Part shown: positions 18,561 to 28,411 of the stretch, in pieces
Layout: each line of letters starts with the position of its first letter
Position numbering within the stretch: position 1 is the first letter of the stretch
Assembly: GCA_030697705.1 (NCBI GenBank)
Contig: JAUYPE010000005.1
Coordinates: forward strand, 602 to 64,601
Length of the DNA stretch: 64,000 nt
Direction of reading: 5' to 3'
Origin: a bacterium
Lineage (GTDB): Bacteria > Patescibacteriota > Minisyncoccia > Sungbacterales > HO2-52-23
Notes under the pieces: generated by a model
Databases searched by the model: none
What the model was told of the DNA's origin: nothing
The model's input: the letters and a program-made list of their open reading frames with translations, nothing else
Translations under genes and position numbers: made by a program

Positions 18561-21059
18561 ATGACCAAACTCGTTCTTAAAGTAAAGGGGATGCACTGTG
18601 CCTCCTGCTCCACGCTTATTGATAAGCTGGTGGGGAGGGAGGCGGGTGTCGTCCAGATAAAAACAAACTACGGTGCGGAGAAAACCGCAATTGAGTTTGA
18701 TGAGACGAAAATTTCGCTTGAAAAAGTGGACGAGCTTTTGCATAAGCTCGGCTATGACTTGATCCGGCCGGATGAAAAGAGCTCCAGCGTGGAAGAGGAA
18801 GAAAAGAAAGAGGCGGCGCAGCTCGCCGCCGCGCGTCGTCGCGTCATCGCCAGTTTCGCGCTTGCCGCGCCCATTATCCTGTACTACATGCTCATCCACA
18901 TGTTCAATGTGTCGCATGTTCATGAGTTTTTCGATTTTCTCAATCAGAGACAGCCCATTTTTGTCGCCGGCGCTTCCGGTTTCGTCGCCTACGGCGCATT
19001 TTACACACAATATCTTTTCTGGATTATCGCCCAGCCCTTGCGGGTCATCGCAGGATTCTTTGTGGATGTTGCGAATCCGCCGTTTGAAATTGACCTCAAC
19101 TATATCTACTGGATTCTCTCCACGCCCATTCAATTCGTCATCGCCTGGCCCTTTTATCGCAACGCATTTACGGCGATCCGCGTCGGTTCGGCAAACATGG
19201 ATGTCCTCGTCGTTCTCGGGACCAGCGCGGCGTACTTTTACTCCATGGTGGGATTCCTGTTCTTTAATATAGACCATCCGTTTTGGGAGTCGTCAGCCGC
19301 GTTGTTGTCATTTATTCTTCTTGGTCGATATTTTGAACTCGTCTCTCGTGGGCGCGCCTCGGTGGCAATTAAAGAACTCTTGAAACTTGAAGCGAAAGAA
19401 GCGCATGTCATGCGTGACGGCGCGGAGATAACCGTACCTATTGATCAGATTAAAGCAGGGGAGACGGTTGTTGTGCGCCCCGGCGAGAAGATACCCGTTG
19501 ACGGCGTTATTCTTGAGGGCAAGACGCATTTGGATGAGAAGGTGGTTACCGGCGAGTCGTTTCCTGTTTCTAAAACCGTAGGCGATGAGGTCATCGGTGC
19601 GACGATTAATCAGGAAGGATTTTTGAAATTCAAAGCGACCAAGGTGGGGAAAGAGACGCTTCTATATCAAATTATTCAGATGGTAGAGGAGGCGCAGGCG
19701 ACGCGTGCGCCCATCCAGAATCTCGTAGACAAGATAAGCGAAATGTTCGTCCCCGCCGTTGTTATACTTTCCGTCATTACGTTCGTTATCTGGTTCTTCT
19801 TCCTTGCCTTTCCGTTTGAGGCATCGCTCCGTTTCATGATCGCGGTTCTCGTGATCTCCTGTCCGTGTGCCATGGGACTTGCCACGCCGACCGCGCTTAT
19901 TGTTGGCATTGGCCGAGCCGCAAAGTTCGGCATTATTTTGAAAGGCGGCGAGGCGCTGGAGAAGGCGTATAAAATCACCGCCATCGCGTTTGATAAAACA
20001 GGAACGCTCACCGAGGGTAAGCCCATCGTTACCGATTTCGTGCCTATCGGCAATTTCTTGCCGGAAAATCAAGTGCTTGCGCTCATCGCGGCGGCGGAAA
20101 AGGGTTCCGAGCATCCGCTCGCTCGTGCAATCATTGAGAAGGGGATGTCAGCGTCAAACAGCGCTCTTCCCGATGTGCAGAATTTTGAGGCCGTTGCGGG
20201 ACTCGGTATACAGGGCGCCGTTCTCGGGCATCAGATTGCTGTTGGCAACGCGGCATACATGCAGACGCTTGGCATTACCACCGACGAGCATGCCGCCGTT
20301 GTTAATAAACTTCAAAATGAGGCAAAAACGGTGGTGTATGCAGCGGCAAACCGCAAGCTCATTGCCCTCATCGCCATGCGTGATACGCTTAAGCCGTTTG
20401 CCCGCGAGGCAATCGTGGCACTCAAAAAAATCGGCAAGGAGATTATCATGATTACGGGAGACAATCCTAAAACAGCCGAAGCGATTAGTAAAGAAATAGG
20501 CATTGATCGCGTGCTCGCTCAAGTACTTCCCCAGCAAAAAGCCGAGGTCATCAAAAAACTCCAGAAAGAAGGCAAGGTCGTGGCAATGGTAGGGGATGGC
20601 ATCAACGACTCGCCCGCACTTGCGCAAGCGGATGTCGGCATCGCCGTCGGTTCGGGCACGGATGTGGCGGTGCAAACTGGTCAGATCGTCTTGGTCAAGG
20701 ACGACTTGCGGGATGTCGTGACCGCCATTCAACTCTCGGGCAAGACAATTACGAAGGTGTGGCAGAATCTCTTCTGGGCGTTTTTCTACAATGTCGTGGC
20801 AATTCCGATAGCGGGAGGGCTTCACTTCTTCATCACGCAAGCCGCTAGCGGCGCGCCCGCACACTGGGTCTTGAGTACGGTCGGGTTCTTTCAGAGTATC
20901 GGTCTCACCACGCTTGCCGCCATTTTCCTCAACTTCTCCCAAACCCCCCTGCGTCCCGAAATCGCCGGTTTCGCCATGGCATTCAGTTCCGTGTCGGTCG
21001 TCACCAACTCGCTGTTACTCCGAAGATACACGCCGCAAATGGAGAAAGGTAACCGGTAA
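18561..21059 (+). CDS. copA: copper-translocating P1B-type ATPase (CopA), N-terminal HMA domain
   Basis: GMHCASCS; CPC ([12 protein letters not shown]); DKTGTLT; [10 protein letters not shown]. Confidence 0.95.
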   Translation: MTKLVLKVKGMHCASCSTLIDKLVGREAGVVQIKTNYGAEKTAIEFDETKISLEKVDELLHKLGYDLIRPDEKSSSVEEEEKKEAAQLAAARRRVIASFALAAPIILYYMLIHMFNVSHVHEFFDFLNQRQPIFVAGASGFVAYGAFYTQYLFWIIAQPLRVIAGFFVDVANPPFEIDLNYIYWILSTPIQFVIAWPFYRNAFTAIRVGSANMDVLVVLGTSAAYFYSMVGFLFFNIDHPFWESSAALLSFILLGRYFELVSRGRASVAIKELLKLEAKEAHVMRDGAEITVPIDQIKAGETVVVRPGEKIPVDGVILEGKTHLDEKVVTGESFPVSKTVGDEVIGATINQEGFLKFKATKVGKETLLYQIIQMVEEAQATRAPIQNLVDKISEMFVPAVVILSVITFVIWFFFLAFPFEASLRFMIAVLVISCPCAMGLATPTALIVGIGRAAKFGIILKGGEALEKAYKITAIAFDKTGTLTEGKPIVTDFVPIGNFLPENQVLALIAAAEKGSEHPLARAIIEKGMSASNSALPDVQNFEAVAGLGIQGAVLGHQIAVGNAAYMQTLGITTDEHAAVVNKLQNEAKTVVYAAANRKLIALIAMRDTLKPFAREAIVALKKIGKEIIMITGDNPKTAEAISKEIGIDRVLAQVLPQQKAEVIKKLQKEGKVVAMVGDGINDSPALAQADVGIAVGSGTDVAVQTGQIVLVKDDLRDVVTAIQLSGKTITKVWQNLFWAFFYNVVAIPIAGGLHFFITQAASGAPAHWVLSTVGFFQSIGLTTLAAIFLNFSQTPLRPEIAGFAMAFSSVSVVTNSLLLRRYTPQMEKGNR

Positions 21060-21068
21060 AATTATACG

Positions 21069-21305
21069 ATGAAAAGAAGATTACTACTTCTCATAACCAT
21101 AACGCTCATTATTTTTTTAGTTTTATGGTTACTTCTAGCCATACTGGGTGAAGCTTTGTGCATTACAAGCAATGAAGGTGATTACGCTTATTTTTCTCTT
21201 TACAGATTGGCTTATTGTTCATTACATGGACAGAAGTTCCTTCTCATAAGTTTGCTGTTGAGCAGTCTATTCTTTATTACAACCTTCACGATTCATAAAA
21301 AATAA
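21069..21305 (+). CDS. small hydrophobic hypothetical protein (AT-rich ORF)
   Basis: 78 aa, 2 TM; located between copA and copZ. Confidence 0.3.
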   Translation: MKRRLLLLITITLIIFLVLWLLLAILGEALCITSNEGDYAYFSLYRLAYCSLHGQKFLLISLLLSSLFFITTFTIHKK

Positions 21306-21308
21306 ACT

Positions 21309-21515
21309 ATGGAAAAAATAACGTTACATATAGAGGGAATGCACTGCGGGGCGTGTTCAATCGGGATTCAGATGCTAGTGTCGCAGATGGACGGAGCGGG
21401 TAAGGTGGAGGTGAGTTATGAGGGTAAAGAGGGAATATTTGAGTTTGATCCCGCCAAGACATCAAAAGAGGCGATTATTAAAGTCATCGCCGAGCTTGGG
21501 TATACGGCATCGTGA
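21309..21515 (+). CDS. copZ: copper chaperone CopZ (HMA domain)
   Basis: MEKITLHIEGMHCGACSIGIQ... Confidence 0.85.
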   Translation: MEKITLHIEGMHCGACSIGIQMLVSQMDGAGKVEVSYEGKEGIFEFDPAKTSKEAIIKVIAELGYTAS

Positions 21516-21535
21516 GAGATACTATCGCCACTCAC

Positions 21536-21610
21536 AGTCTGTCATTCCGAGCGTCCGCGAGGAATCCCGTAAGTTAACGAGATGTTTTGCCTGACGGATT
21601 AGCATGACGA
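21536..21610. repeat. intergenic element of the GTCATTCCGAG...CGAGGAATCCCGT family (copy B; motif in plus orientation at 21541-21570)
   Basis: GTCATTCCGAGCGTCCGCGAGGAATCCCGT. Confidence 0.55.
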
Positions 21611-21660
21611 CTAATAGCAAACCTTGCTTTACTGGCAGAGGAGTTGTATGATCTCCCCAT

Positions 21661-22218
21661 ATGAATCAACTCTACATCATCGGAGGTGTTGTCGTGCTCG
21701 CGATATTCTTTTTTATCGGTATTTATAACGGTCTCATCCGGCGGCGGAATCAAGCCGAGGAGGCGTGGTCGGACATTGAAGTCCAGCTCAAGCGCCGGTA
21801 CGATCTCATCCCCAATATCATAGAGACGGTGAAGGGATATGCGGGACACGAACGAGAAACACTGGATAGTGTCACCATGGCGCGCACGCAAGCGATGGGA
21901 GCCCAAACCGCTGATGAGCATGCCAAAGCGGAGAATGTCCTTGCCGGAACGCTCAAGACGCTTTTTGCCGTTTCGGAGAATTATCCCCAGCTCAAGGCGA
22001 ATGAGAATTTTCTGGAGCTTCAGCGTGAGCTCTCCGACACGGAAAACAAAATTCAGTCCGCGCGGCGCTTCTTCAATGGTGTCGTCCGCGATTACAATAT
22101 CGCTATCCAGTCCTTTCCCTCCAGCGTTGTTGCCGGTATGTTTGGCTTTACCCGCAAGGAACTTTTTGACTTGAGTGATACCGATGTGGCTCAACAGCCG
22201 GTAAAGGTTCAGTTTTGA
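21661..22218 (+). CDS. lemA: LemA-family membrane protein
   Basis: N-terminal TM; YNGLIRRRNQAEEAWSDIEVQLKRRYDLIPN...ENYPQLKANENF. Confidence 0.85.
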   Translation: MNQLYIIGGVVVLAIFFFIGIYNGLIRRRNQAEEAWSDIEVQLKRRYDLIPNIIETVKGYAGHERETLDSVTMARTQAMGAQTADEHAKAENVLAGTLKTLFAVSENYPQLKANENFLELQRELSDTENKIQSARRFFNGVVRDYNIAIQSFPSSVVAGMFGFTRKELFDLSDTDVAQQPVKVQF

Positions 22219-22221
22219 AGA

Positions 22222-22318
22222 AAGTGCTTAGTCCTTAGCCACTAGCGATGAGAGGAGAAAAGGAAAGAGAACTTCTCCTCTTGTCTCTGCTGATGGCTAA
22301 GCACTAACAACTAAGGAC
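22222..22318 (+). terminator. long imperfect hairpin (~40-bp arms) ending in TTTTT between lemA and htpX
   Basis: AGTGCTTAGTCCTTAGCCACTAGCGATGAGAGGAG pairs with CTCCTCTTGTCTCTGCTGATGGCTAAGCACTAACAACTAAGGACT, followed by a T-run. Confidence 0.5.
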
Positions 22319-22327
22319 TTTTTCGTA

Positions 22328-23245
22328 ATGACCCTCTACACGCAAAAATACGCGAATATCCGCAAGACGTGGCTTCTCATGACCATGTTTTTGGGCATGG
22401 TCATCGGAATTGGCTGGATCTTTAGTCGGGTCTATAACAACCCAAGCATTCTCGTATTTGCCGTGTTTTTGAGCATTGGAATCAATGTGGTGAGTTATTG
22501 GTTTTCGGACAAAATCGCGCTTGCTATTCACGGCGCCAAGCCGGTTGATCTCAAGCAACAGCCTGAAATCTATCGTATTCTTGAAAATCTTTCCATCGCC
22601 GCCGGTCTTCCTATGCCGAAGTTTTATATTATTCCTGACGCCGCACCCAACGCCTTCGCCACCGGTCGCAATCCCCAACATGCCGTAGTTGCCGTTACCG
22701 CGGGTCTGCTTGAGCGGCTTGACCGCTCGGAGTTGGAGGGAGTTCTTGCGCATGAGCTCTCACACATCGGCAATCGCGACATACTTCTTTCCACCGTCGC
22801 CGTTGTGCTTGCCGGACTCATCTCTATCGCCTCGGATATGTTTTTGCGTTCGCTCTGGTGGGGTGGGGGGCGGCGGAGTAATGATAGCGAGCGCGGTGGT
22901 GCCGGCATTCTCATTATTGTTGGTATTGCACTTTCTATTCTCGCACCGCTTTTTGCCACACTCATGCAACTTGCCATCTCGCGACGGCGTGAATTTTTAG
23001 CCGATTCCTCGGGCGCACTCCTTACGCGCTATCCTGAAGGTCTTGCTTCCGCACTCCGAAAAATCGCCGACTACCCCCAAAAAATGCGGAGCGCTACGAA
23101 TGCAACGGCACATCTTTTTTTTGAAAATCCTTTCGGTGCGGATCGTAAAAATTCGGGCAAGACCGCATGGCTCGTAAAATTATTCTCAACCCATCCCCCC
23201 GTTGAGGAACGCATTCGCGCGCTCCAGCAGGGGAGAGAGATATAA
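22328..23245 (+). CDS. htpX: zinc metalloprotease HtpX (M48)
   Basis: HELSHI motif; 4 TM; typical HtpX length. Confidence 0.9.
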   Translation: MTLYTQKYANIRKTWLLMTMFLGMVIGIGWIFSRVYNNPSILVFAVFLSIGINVVSYWFSDKIALAIHGAKPVDLKQQPEIYRILENLSIAAGLPMPKFYIIPDAAPNAFATGRNPQHAVVAVTAGLLERLDRSELEGVLAHELSHIGNRDILLSTVAVVLAGLISIASDMFLRSLWWGGGRRSNDSERGGAGILIIVGIALSILAPLFATLMQLAISRRREFLADSSGALLTRYPEGLASALRKIADYPQKMRSATNATAHLFFENPFGADRKNSGKTAWLVKLFSTHPPVEERIRALQQGREI

Positions 23246-23246
23246 T

Positions 23247-23265
23247 CAGGCATTTTTTTGCCTGG
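23247..23265 (+). terminator. hairpin CAGGCA-TTTTTTT-TGCCTG after htpX
   Basis: Direct reading. Confidence 0.5.
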
Positions 23266-23347
23266 CGAAACGGCAACTGTTTCCATAACAGATTTTTTTG
23301 GAAAAAGAACCTCTGTGGCACAGTCTGCGGGCCCCTTTTGAAGGGGC

Positions 23348-23376
23348 TTGACTTTTGATTGTCGTTCAGTTATAAT
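23348..23376 (+). promoter_or_regulatory. consensus sigma70 promoter TTGACT-17-TATAAT
   Basis: Perfect -10 and near-perfect -35 with 17-nt spacing, 65 nt upstream of the TauE/SafE gene. Confidence 0.5.
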
Positions 23377-23441
23377 AGACGGTAGAAAAGGAAAGTAATT
23401 TTACAAAACAATACGAACGACTAAACAAGCGGGAGGGACAC

Positions 23442-24311
23442 ATGACGGATCGTGCGGCCTCGCGTGATGGCCAAAATCTGATGGGTATAGGTTTTTTGAC
23501 CGGTGTGGTGAGTGCGTTGTTTGCCGCCGGCGGAGGACCGTTCTTCAGTATCGTCATGCAGTGGCGGTACAAACGTAGTATCAAAGAAATCAATGGCGCG
23601 GCACTCGCTCTGTTGGCAGGTGTTGCGTCAGTGAATCTTTCAGTCCGTTGGCTCATTGAGCCAAAGGACATCGCATTCGGCATCGGCATTGTGGCGCTGG
23701 TCTTCGGCCTTATTGGATCACAGTTTGGCAAATGGCTGGAAACGCGATGCAATACGCGCCAACTGGCAAAGGGGTTTGCGTTTCTTCTCATTATCGCAGG
23801 ATTGAGGATGATGAAGGTATGCATTTTTCCCGCGTTTCCAGTGCCGGAAATGCTTGTGTTTCCGATTGCAGGGGTAGTCGGATTCATCGCCGGAACAGCA
23901 TCCCAGCTCTTTGGGATGGGCGGAGGACTCGTCCTTGTTCCGGTCTTTGCGCTTTATGGGAGATTGTCGGCGAATGAGGCACTTGCCACTTCACTTTTTG
24001 CAAGCGTTCCCATGATGTTCTACGGCTCCAACCTTTATCATCGTGAGGGCAGAGTAAAAGGTGACGACATTCGTCAGCTTTTACTCCCGGGACTCGCAGG
24101 AGCGGCTGTCGGTGCATTTTTTTCGCGCCAGTTCATTCCCGATCAGATCCTCCAGACGGTGTTTGGAACCATTCTCATCGCATGCGCGATGAAGGCATTT
24201 GTTGAGTATTTACCGCAATTTAAAAAAGGGGTTGCCACGGCGGTAGTGGAATCATCACCCAAGCGGACGAAAGTACTGCCTAACCGGCCGCTTCGGCAAA
24301 ATTTTTTTTAG
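23442..24311 (+). CDS. TauE/SafE-family (sulfite exporter-like) membrane protein
   Basis: Two 4-TM halves with GGGxFxxP/VP motifs (AAGGGPFFSIVM; GMGGGLVLVPVFAL). Confidence 0.75.
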   Translation: MTDRAASRDGQNLMGIGFLTGVVSALFAAGGGPFFSIVMQWRYKRSIKEINGAALALLAGVASVNLSVRWLIEPKDIAFGIGIVALVFGLIGSQFGKWLETRCNTRQLAKGFAFLLIIAGLRMMKVCIFPAFPVPEMLVFPIAGVVGFIAGTASQLFGMGGGLVLVPVFALYGRLSANEALATSLFASVPMMFYGSNLYHREGRVKGDDIRQLLLPGLAGAAVGAFFSRQFIPDQILQTVFGTILIACAMKAFVEYLPQFKKGVATAVVESSPKRTKVLPNRPLRQNFF

Positions 24312-24330
24312 AAAGGAGATACAAATGAAA

Positions 24331-24365
24331 AGCACCCATCTGTCATTGCGACACGGGTGCTTTTT
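24331..24365 (+). terminator. hairpin AGCACCC-N16-GGGTGCT + TTTTT
   Basis: Direct reading. Lies inside a 15-codon SD-preceded mini-ORF (MKSTHLSLRHGCFFN). Confidence 0.55.
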
Positions 24366-24452
24366 CAATTAAAAAAATCGCACAAAGCCGCTCTGATCCT
24401 CCATGAGTGAGATACCTTGAGATTATACTAAAAATACGGTAGAGTATGACCC

Positions 24453-25334
24453 ATGCACTTCCTCATACGCATTCGCCAAAGCGTCTACGATCCCAAGTTT
24501 TATTTCACGCTCCGCTTCCGACCGCTCCGTACCGCCTTTTCATATTTCTACACCCTTCTCACGGGGCTTTCTTTTCTCGTCGCGCTCTCCGCACTTTTTA
24601 TTCTCGTCCCGCCTCTTACCTCTTTTATCCATCGCGCGCCCGGATATCTCAATGCTTTCTATCCCGACGGCCTCACGCTCACGATAAAAAACGGTACCAT
24701 CAGTACGAGCAAGCTGGAGTCGTATTCTTTTCCGCTTCCCAACGGGCTTAAAGAGAGCGCCGTCATTCCTCCGGATATTGACCGGCTTATTGCAATCAAT
24801 ACACGCGAGGATCGTCCCGTCGAGCATTTCCCTGAATACCGTACACTTCTCCTGGTTGGCAAAGACACACTTGCCTACCGCGATGAACGCGGCATCCAAA
24901 CGATACCGGCAAGCGAATTGCCCAACACGACCATCTCGCGCCAAAGTCTTGACCATGCTGTTGCGCGCCTTCAGTCATTTCTTCCTTTTCTCGCTCCCGC
25001 CGCCGTCCTTGCCGCGTTTCTCGCCTCATTCATACTCTTTAATTTCACTCTCCTCTTTCTTGCCGCCGGAGCGTTTGTTATTCTTATTTTTACAAAAATA
25101 AAACATGCACCGCTCACCTATCGTCAGAGCTATGCTATTGCCCTCCACGGCGCGACGCTTCCGCTTATCATGAGCGTTCTCCTGTGGTGCTTTACGTTCA
25201 TTCTCCTCCCGCCGATTTTTTTCACCCTCCTCTTTCTTGTCAGTATATTTTTTAATATGCAGTACGACATCAAAAAACCCGCCACCGCTCCCGCCACCGC
25301 AGAAAAATCAACCGAAACACCACCGAAAGAGTAA
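24453..25334 (+). CDS. DUF1189-family membrane protein
   Basis: 293 aa. N-terminal TM pair, central soluble region, C-terminal TM cluster. The DUF1189 family assignment is from memory. Confidence 0.55.
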   Translation: MHFLIRIRQSVYDPKFYFTLRFRPLRTAFSYFYTLLTGLSFLVALSALFILVPPLTSFIHRAPGYLNAFYPDGLTLTIKNGTISTSKLESYSFPLPNGLKESAVIPPDIDRLIAINTREDRPVEHFPEYRTLLLVGKDTLAYRDERGIQTIPASELPNTTISRQSLDHAVARLQSFLPFLAPAAVLAAFLASFILFNFTLLFLAAGAFVILIFTKIKHAPLTYRQSYAIALHGATLPLIMSVLLWCFTFILLPPIFFTLLFLVSIFFNMQYDIKKPATAPATAEKSTETPPKE

Positions 25335-25458
25335 TACTTGCGTTAAGGAGAGGTTACATAGGTGGTCTCGTGCGCACGATTGTTCCCGATTTGTCCAAGA
25401 TTCCGAGTTTTTAAGAACGAAGAAATCTTGGCTCACAAATCACAATCCCGTACAAACC

Positions 25459-25545
25459 GGAGGCGTCGCATAGTGGCCTAGTGCGCTCGCTTGGAAAGCG
25501 AGTAGACCTTAACCGGTCTCGGAGGTTCGAATCCTCCCGCCTCCG
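25459..25545 (+). tRNA. tRNA-Ser (anticodon GGA), 87 nt, long variable arm, discriminator G, no encoded CCA
   Basis: Acceptor GGAGGCG/CGCCTCC; anticodon stem CUCGC/GCGAG with loop UUGGAAA; variable arm AGACC-UUAACC-GGUCU; T-arm GGAGG-UUCGAAU-CCUCC. Confidence 0.9.
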
Positions 25546-25612
25546 GTTTGTACGGGAGAAAGCGTGTCTTAGGTTTTAGATACCTGTCAATACACTCATT
25601 TTATGTAGAATT

Positions 25613-25852
25613 ATGAAAGTGTGGAATTTTATAAAAACTCCAGAATTTTGGATAACCATAGTTTTAGTCCCGCTGATTAGTGGGCTTATTGTAAACTACT
25701 TTTCCAAAAAACCTACGGCGGTCGAGGAAACCGAAAATAATGGTGGGGACATAATTATCAAAGCAGGTGATGGGGGTCCTCATGGTAATGGTGGAAATGT
25801 TAATATTGGACCAGGGACATATAAAGCAGGCGATGTAATTCAGAAAAAATAG
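25613..25852 (+). CDS. small hypothetical protein: N-terminal TM helix + Gly-rich tail (GDGGPHGNGGNVNIGPGTYKAGD)
   Basis: AT-rich ORF, first gene after the tRNA. Confidence 0.35.
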   Translation: MKVWNFIKTPEFWITIVLVPLISGLIVNYFSKKPTAVEETENNGGDIIIKAGDGGPHGNGGNVNIGPGTYKAGDVIQKK

Positions 25853-25893
25853 ACCCGACCCATATATCCCAAATTGACGATTCAATAGAAAAC

Positions 25894-26190
25894 ATGAAGA
25901 AAGAAAATATAATTATCTATCAGGCGAAAAACGGGGCGATAGAGCTTCGGGGGGATTTTAATCGGGACACTCTGTGGGCAACACAGGCGCAGATCGTTGA
26001 TCTTTTTGGTGTGGACCAGTCAGTGGTATCCCGCCATATTAAAAACATATTGAGGGACGGTGAAATTGAGGAAAAAAGCAATATGCAAAAAATGCACATT
26101 GCACATTCGGACAAGATTGCAGCGTCTTATTCTCTGGGTATCATCCTTGTAGTCGGATGTCAAGCCTATAAAAAAAGAATACCCGTATAA
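25894..26190 (+). pseudogene. N-terminal fragment of a RhuM-family protein (truncated at 98 aa)
   Basis: IIIYQAKNGAIELRGDFNRDTLWATQAQIVDLFGVDQSVVSRHIKNILRDGEIEEKSN matches the conserved RhuM N-terminus. Full-length members are ~330 aa. Confidence 0.5.
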
Positions 26191-26294
26191 CTATTTTTAT
26201 AAGCTGTGCGGTTGATCATAATGAACCTATAAAATCAATTGATCAAACATCTCAAGCCATTTTAAACGTCTTTTCAACATTTCTTTCAACATCT

Positions 26295-26786
26295 TTGATG
26301 CATATGGAAAATGGCGAAGAAAAATTTACAAAATGCAGAGAAGACGCAGAGAAGTACTATAAGATGCTTACCACGGTGTGGTGCCCTTATCTGCAGGACA
26401 GCGTTCATTTCAATGTCGAAGGATTTGAGCATTTGCTTTTTAAGTCGTGGAACAAAAACAGAACTCAAATAGAACAATATACACGCTTGCGCTTGCTTCG
26501 TTTTGCACCCGAGATAATTTCTAAATCTCATACCTTGCAAGAGTATGATGAGCGATCCATCCTCGTCCGGCAAAAAATAAATTCCCGATGGGAGCGGCGA
26601 ATGAAAAACGTTCAATACTATATCTTTGTTGCTATTATAAAATCCGTGCGCTTGAAGATCGTCGTTAAGGAAATTGAGGGTGGTAACAAATTTTTCTATA
26701 GTTTATATCCCTCATGGAGAATTGAGGAGCAGACGAATGGCAATAAGAAAAAAGTGTTTTACTCGGGTAATCCGGAGGAGGATTGA
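26295..26786 (+). CDS. hypothetical protein (163 aa), AT-rich, no recognisable domain
   Basis: ORF only. Confidence 0.35.
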   Translation: MMHMENGEEKFTKCREDAEKYYKMLTTVWCPYLQDSVHFNVEGFEHLLFKSWNKNRTQIEQYTRLRLLRFAPEIISKSHTLQEYDERSILVRQKINSRWERRMKNVQYYIFVAIIKSVRLKIVVKEIEGGNKFFYSLYPSWRIEEQTNGNKKKVFYSGNPEED

Positions 26787-27091
26787 AATCAAAAACACCG
26801 CTTTCGCGGTGGCTTTGATGGTACTTGGCTACGGTTTATGAATTGACCGTGAGAGGACCAAAGTCCTCACAAGCACCGCGCTTATAGTAGTCCTTTGGGA
26901 GGAAAAAGTCAAAAGTTGTCCACAGGGGTGGGTGGGGGGTCAGTAGATGCCGCCCACTATGTCCATCTTTGAATTTAGATTATAGATATTCCCTATGTCT
27001 ATGAGAGCAGTACAGCGTTTGAGTTGTTGCATTTTTTGCAACAGCTGAGATAGACAGAAAAAATTACTCGTATAGCTCACTATAAAACATC

Positions 27092-27853
27092 ATGTCCCAG
27101 TATTACAACGCACAGCGGGTGAGGGGGTTGTATGATCCGCATGCGGCTGAGCCGTTTAAATTGTCGCGGTCAAAAATCGATCTTTTTTTGGAGTGCCCGC
27201 GGTGTTTTTATTTTGACCGGCGATTAGGTGTGGGAAGGCCGCCGGGATTTCCTTTTGCCTTGAACTCTGCAGTAGACCATCTCCTCAAACAAGAGTTTGA
27301 TATTCACCGCGCGAAGGGGAGCAAGCATCCATTGATTGAGGAGTACGGTGTTGACGCGCGCCCGGTTCCGCATGAGGATCTTGAAAAATGGCGGCATAAC
27401 TTTACGGGTGTTCAGTATCTGCACCAACCCACGAATTTTCTCGTATTCGGTGCGATTGACGATCTGTGGCAAAATGCGGCGGGGGAGTATATCGTTGTGG
27501 ATTATAAGGCGACGGCGAAAAACGAAGCAATCACGGAGCTTAATAAAACATGGCACGGTGGCTACAAGCGCCAGATGGAGGTGTATCAATGGCTTCTGCG
27601 CCGCAACGGCTATCATGTATCCAATACAGGTTATTTCGTCTATTGCAACGGGAAAACCGACCGCGAGGCGTTTGATGCCAAGCTTGAGTTTGACGTTACG
27701 CTGATCGGTTACAACGGAAACGACTCGTGGGTGGAAGGTACGCTTGCCAAAGTGCATATGTGTCTGAACACGGATGCCATCCCCGATGCCAATCCCGAGT
27801 GCGATTATTGCGCCTATGTCCGGACGATCAACGCACAGGCGAGAGGTCAATAA
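27092..27853 (+). CDS. PD-(D/E)XK nuclease, Cas4/RecB-like with Fe-S cysteines (orphan; no cas genes in window)
   Basis: N-terminal Cys (ECPRCFYF); catalytic VVDYKA (D-x-K); QxxxY (KRQMEVYQWLL); C-terminal Cys triad C-x12-CDYC. Confidence 0.65.
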   Translation: MSQYYNAQRVRGLYDPHAAEPFKLSRSKIDLFLECPRCFYFDRRLGVGRPPGFPFALNSAVDHLLKQEFDIHRAKGSKHPLIEEYGVDARPVPHEDLEKWRHNFTGVQYLHQPTNFLVFGAIDDLWQNAAGEYIVVDYKATAKNEAITELNKTWHGGYKRQMEVYQWLLRRNGYHVSNTGYFVYCNGKTDREAFDAKLEFDVTLIGYNGNDSWVEGTLAKVHMCLNTDAIPDANPECDYCAYVRTINAQARGQ

Positions 27854-28044
27854 AATAATAATACCCGTATCCGGAGGAGGAACTTTTGAAACAGTCGGAC
27901 GGACAAAGGAAAACGTCGGAAATAAAAAACCGTCCCCCCTTTTTTTAAAAAAAGGGAGAGACGGCATAGTTTGCACGAGCGCGCTTGACCGGCTACCGGG
28001 CCACTGTCTTTCGAAGATCCCTACCCGGCTTGTCGGACAGACCG

Positions 28045-28275
28045 TCAATACCGGATTCTAAAAAACGCTTTATCCATTTGTATATGATTTCTACCCATAT
28101 TCAGCGTACGGGCAATATCGGTGATTGATCGTTTTTCTACGGCGAAGAGAAGAATAATACGCCCCCTCTTGACGCGACGGGTGGGAGCTGTACGGGAGCG
28201 CACAAGTGAGCCTAGTTCCTTCTTCTCCTCGGGTGTTAAAGAAATCTTGAGCGCCGTTTTCAGTCCTTGCGTCAT
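28045..28275 (-). pseudogene. transposase N-terminal HTH fragment (IS630/Tc1-like), remnant
   Basis: LTPEEKKELGSLVRSRTAPTRRVKRGRIILLFAVEKRSITDIARTLNMGRNHIQ is a typical IS630-type HTH; only 76 aa, with no DDE domain following. Confidence 0.45.
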
Positions 28276-28411
28276 ACCCTTCTCCTCTGATAAAATAGGG
28301 AAAGAAATAGGAGCTCGTTCACGAGAACCTTACTATTCTTTATCACCTATCTATTGTGTTGTCAAACAGGATATTTCCGTCTTGAAGAATTCGTTTTAAA
28401 AAAATGTTTTA

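Noticed and set aside
18772-20942. ORFs 18772-19272 (+), 19662-20114 (-) and 20154-20942 (-) overlapping copA
   Set aside because: All lie within the CopA coding region in other frames or on the other strand; no support.
26790-27090. Possible small RNA gene (RNase P / SRP / tmRNA) in the AT-rich gap before the Cas4-like gene
   Set aside because: No convincing match to conserved RNase P (GGAAAGUCCGGGCUCC), SRP domain IV or tmRNA tag-reading-frame features by eye. Only a terminator-like hairpin (GTTGCATTTTTTGCAAC) is evident. Left unannotated pending an Infernal scan.
27224-28048. 274-aa minus-strand ORF overlapping the Cas4-like gene
   Set aside because: The plus-strand frame carries complete PD-(D/E)XK and Fe-S motifs; the minus ORF is an antisense artefact.
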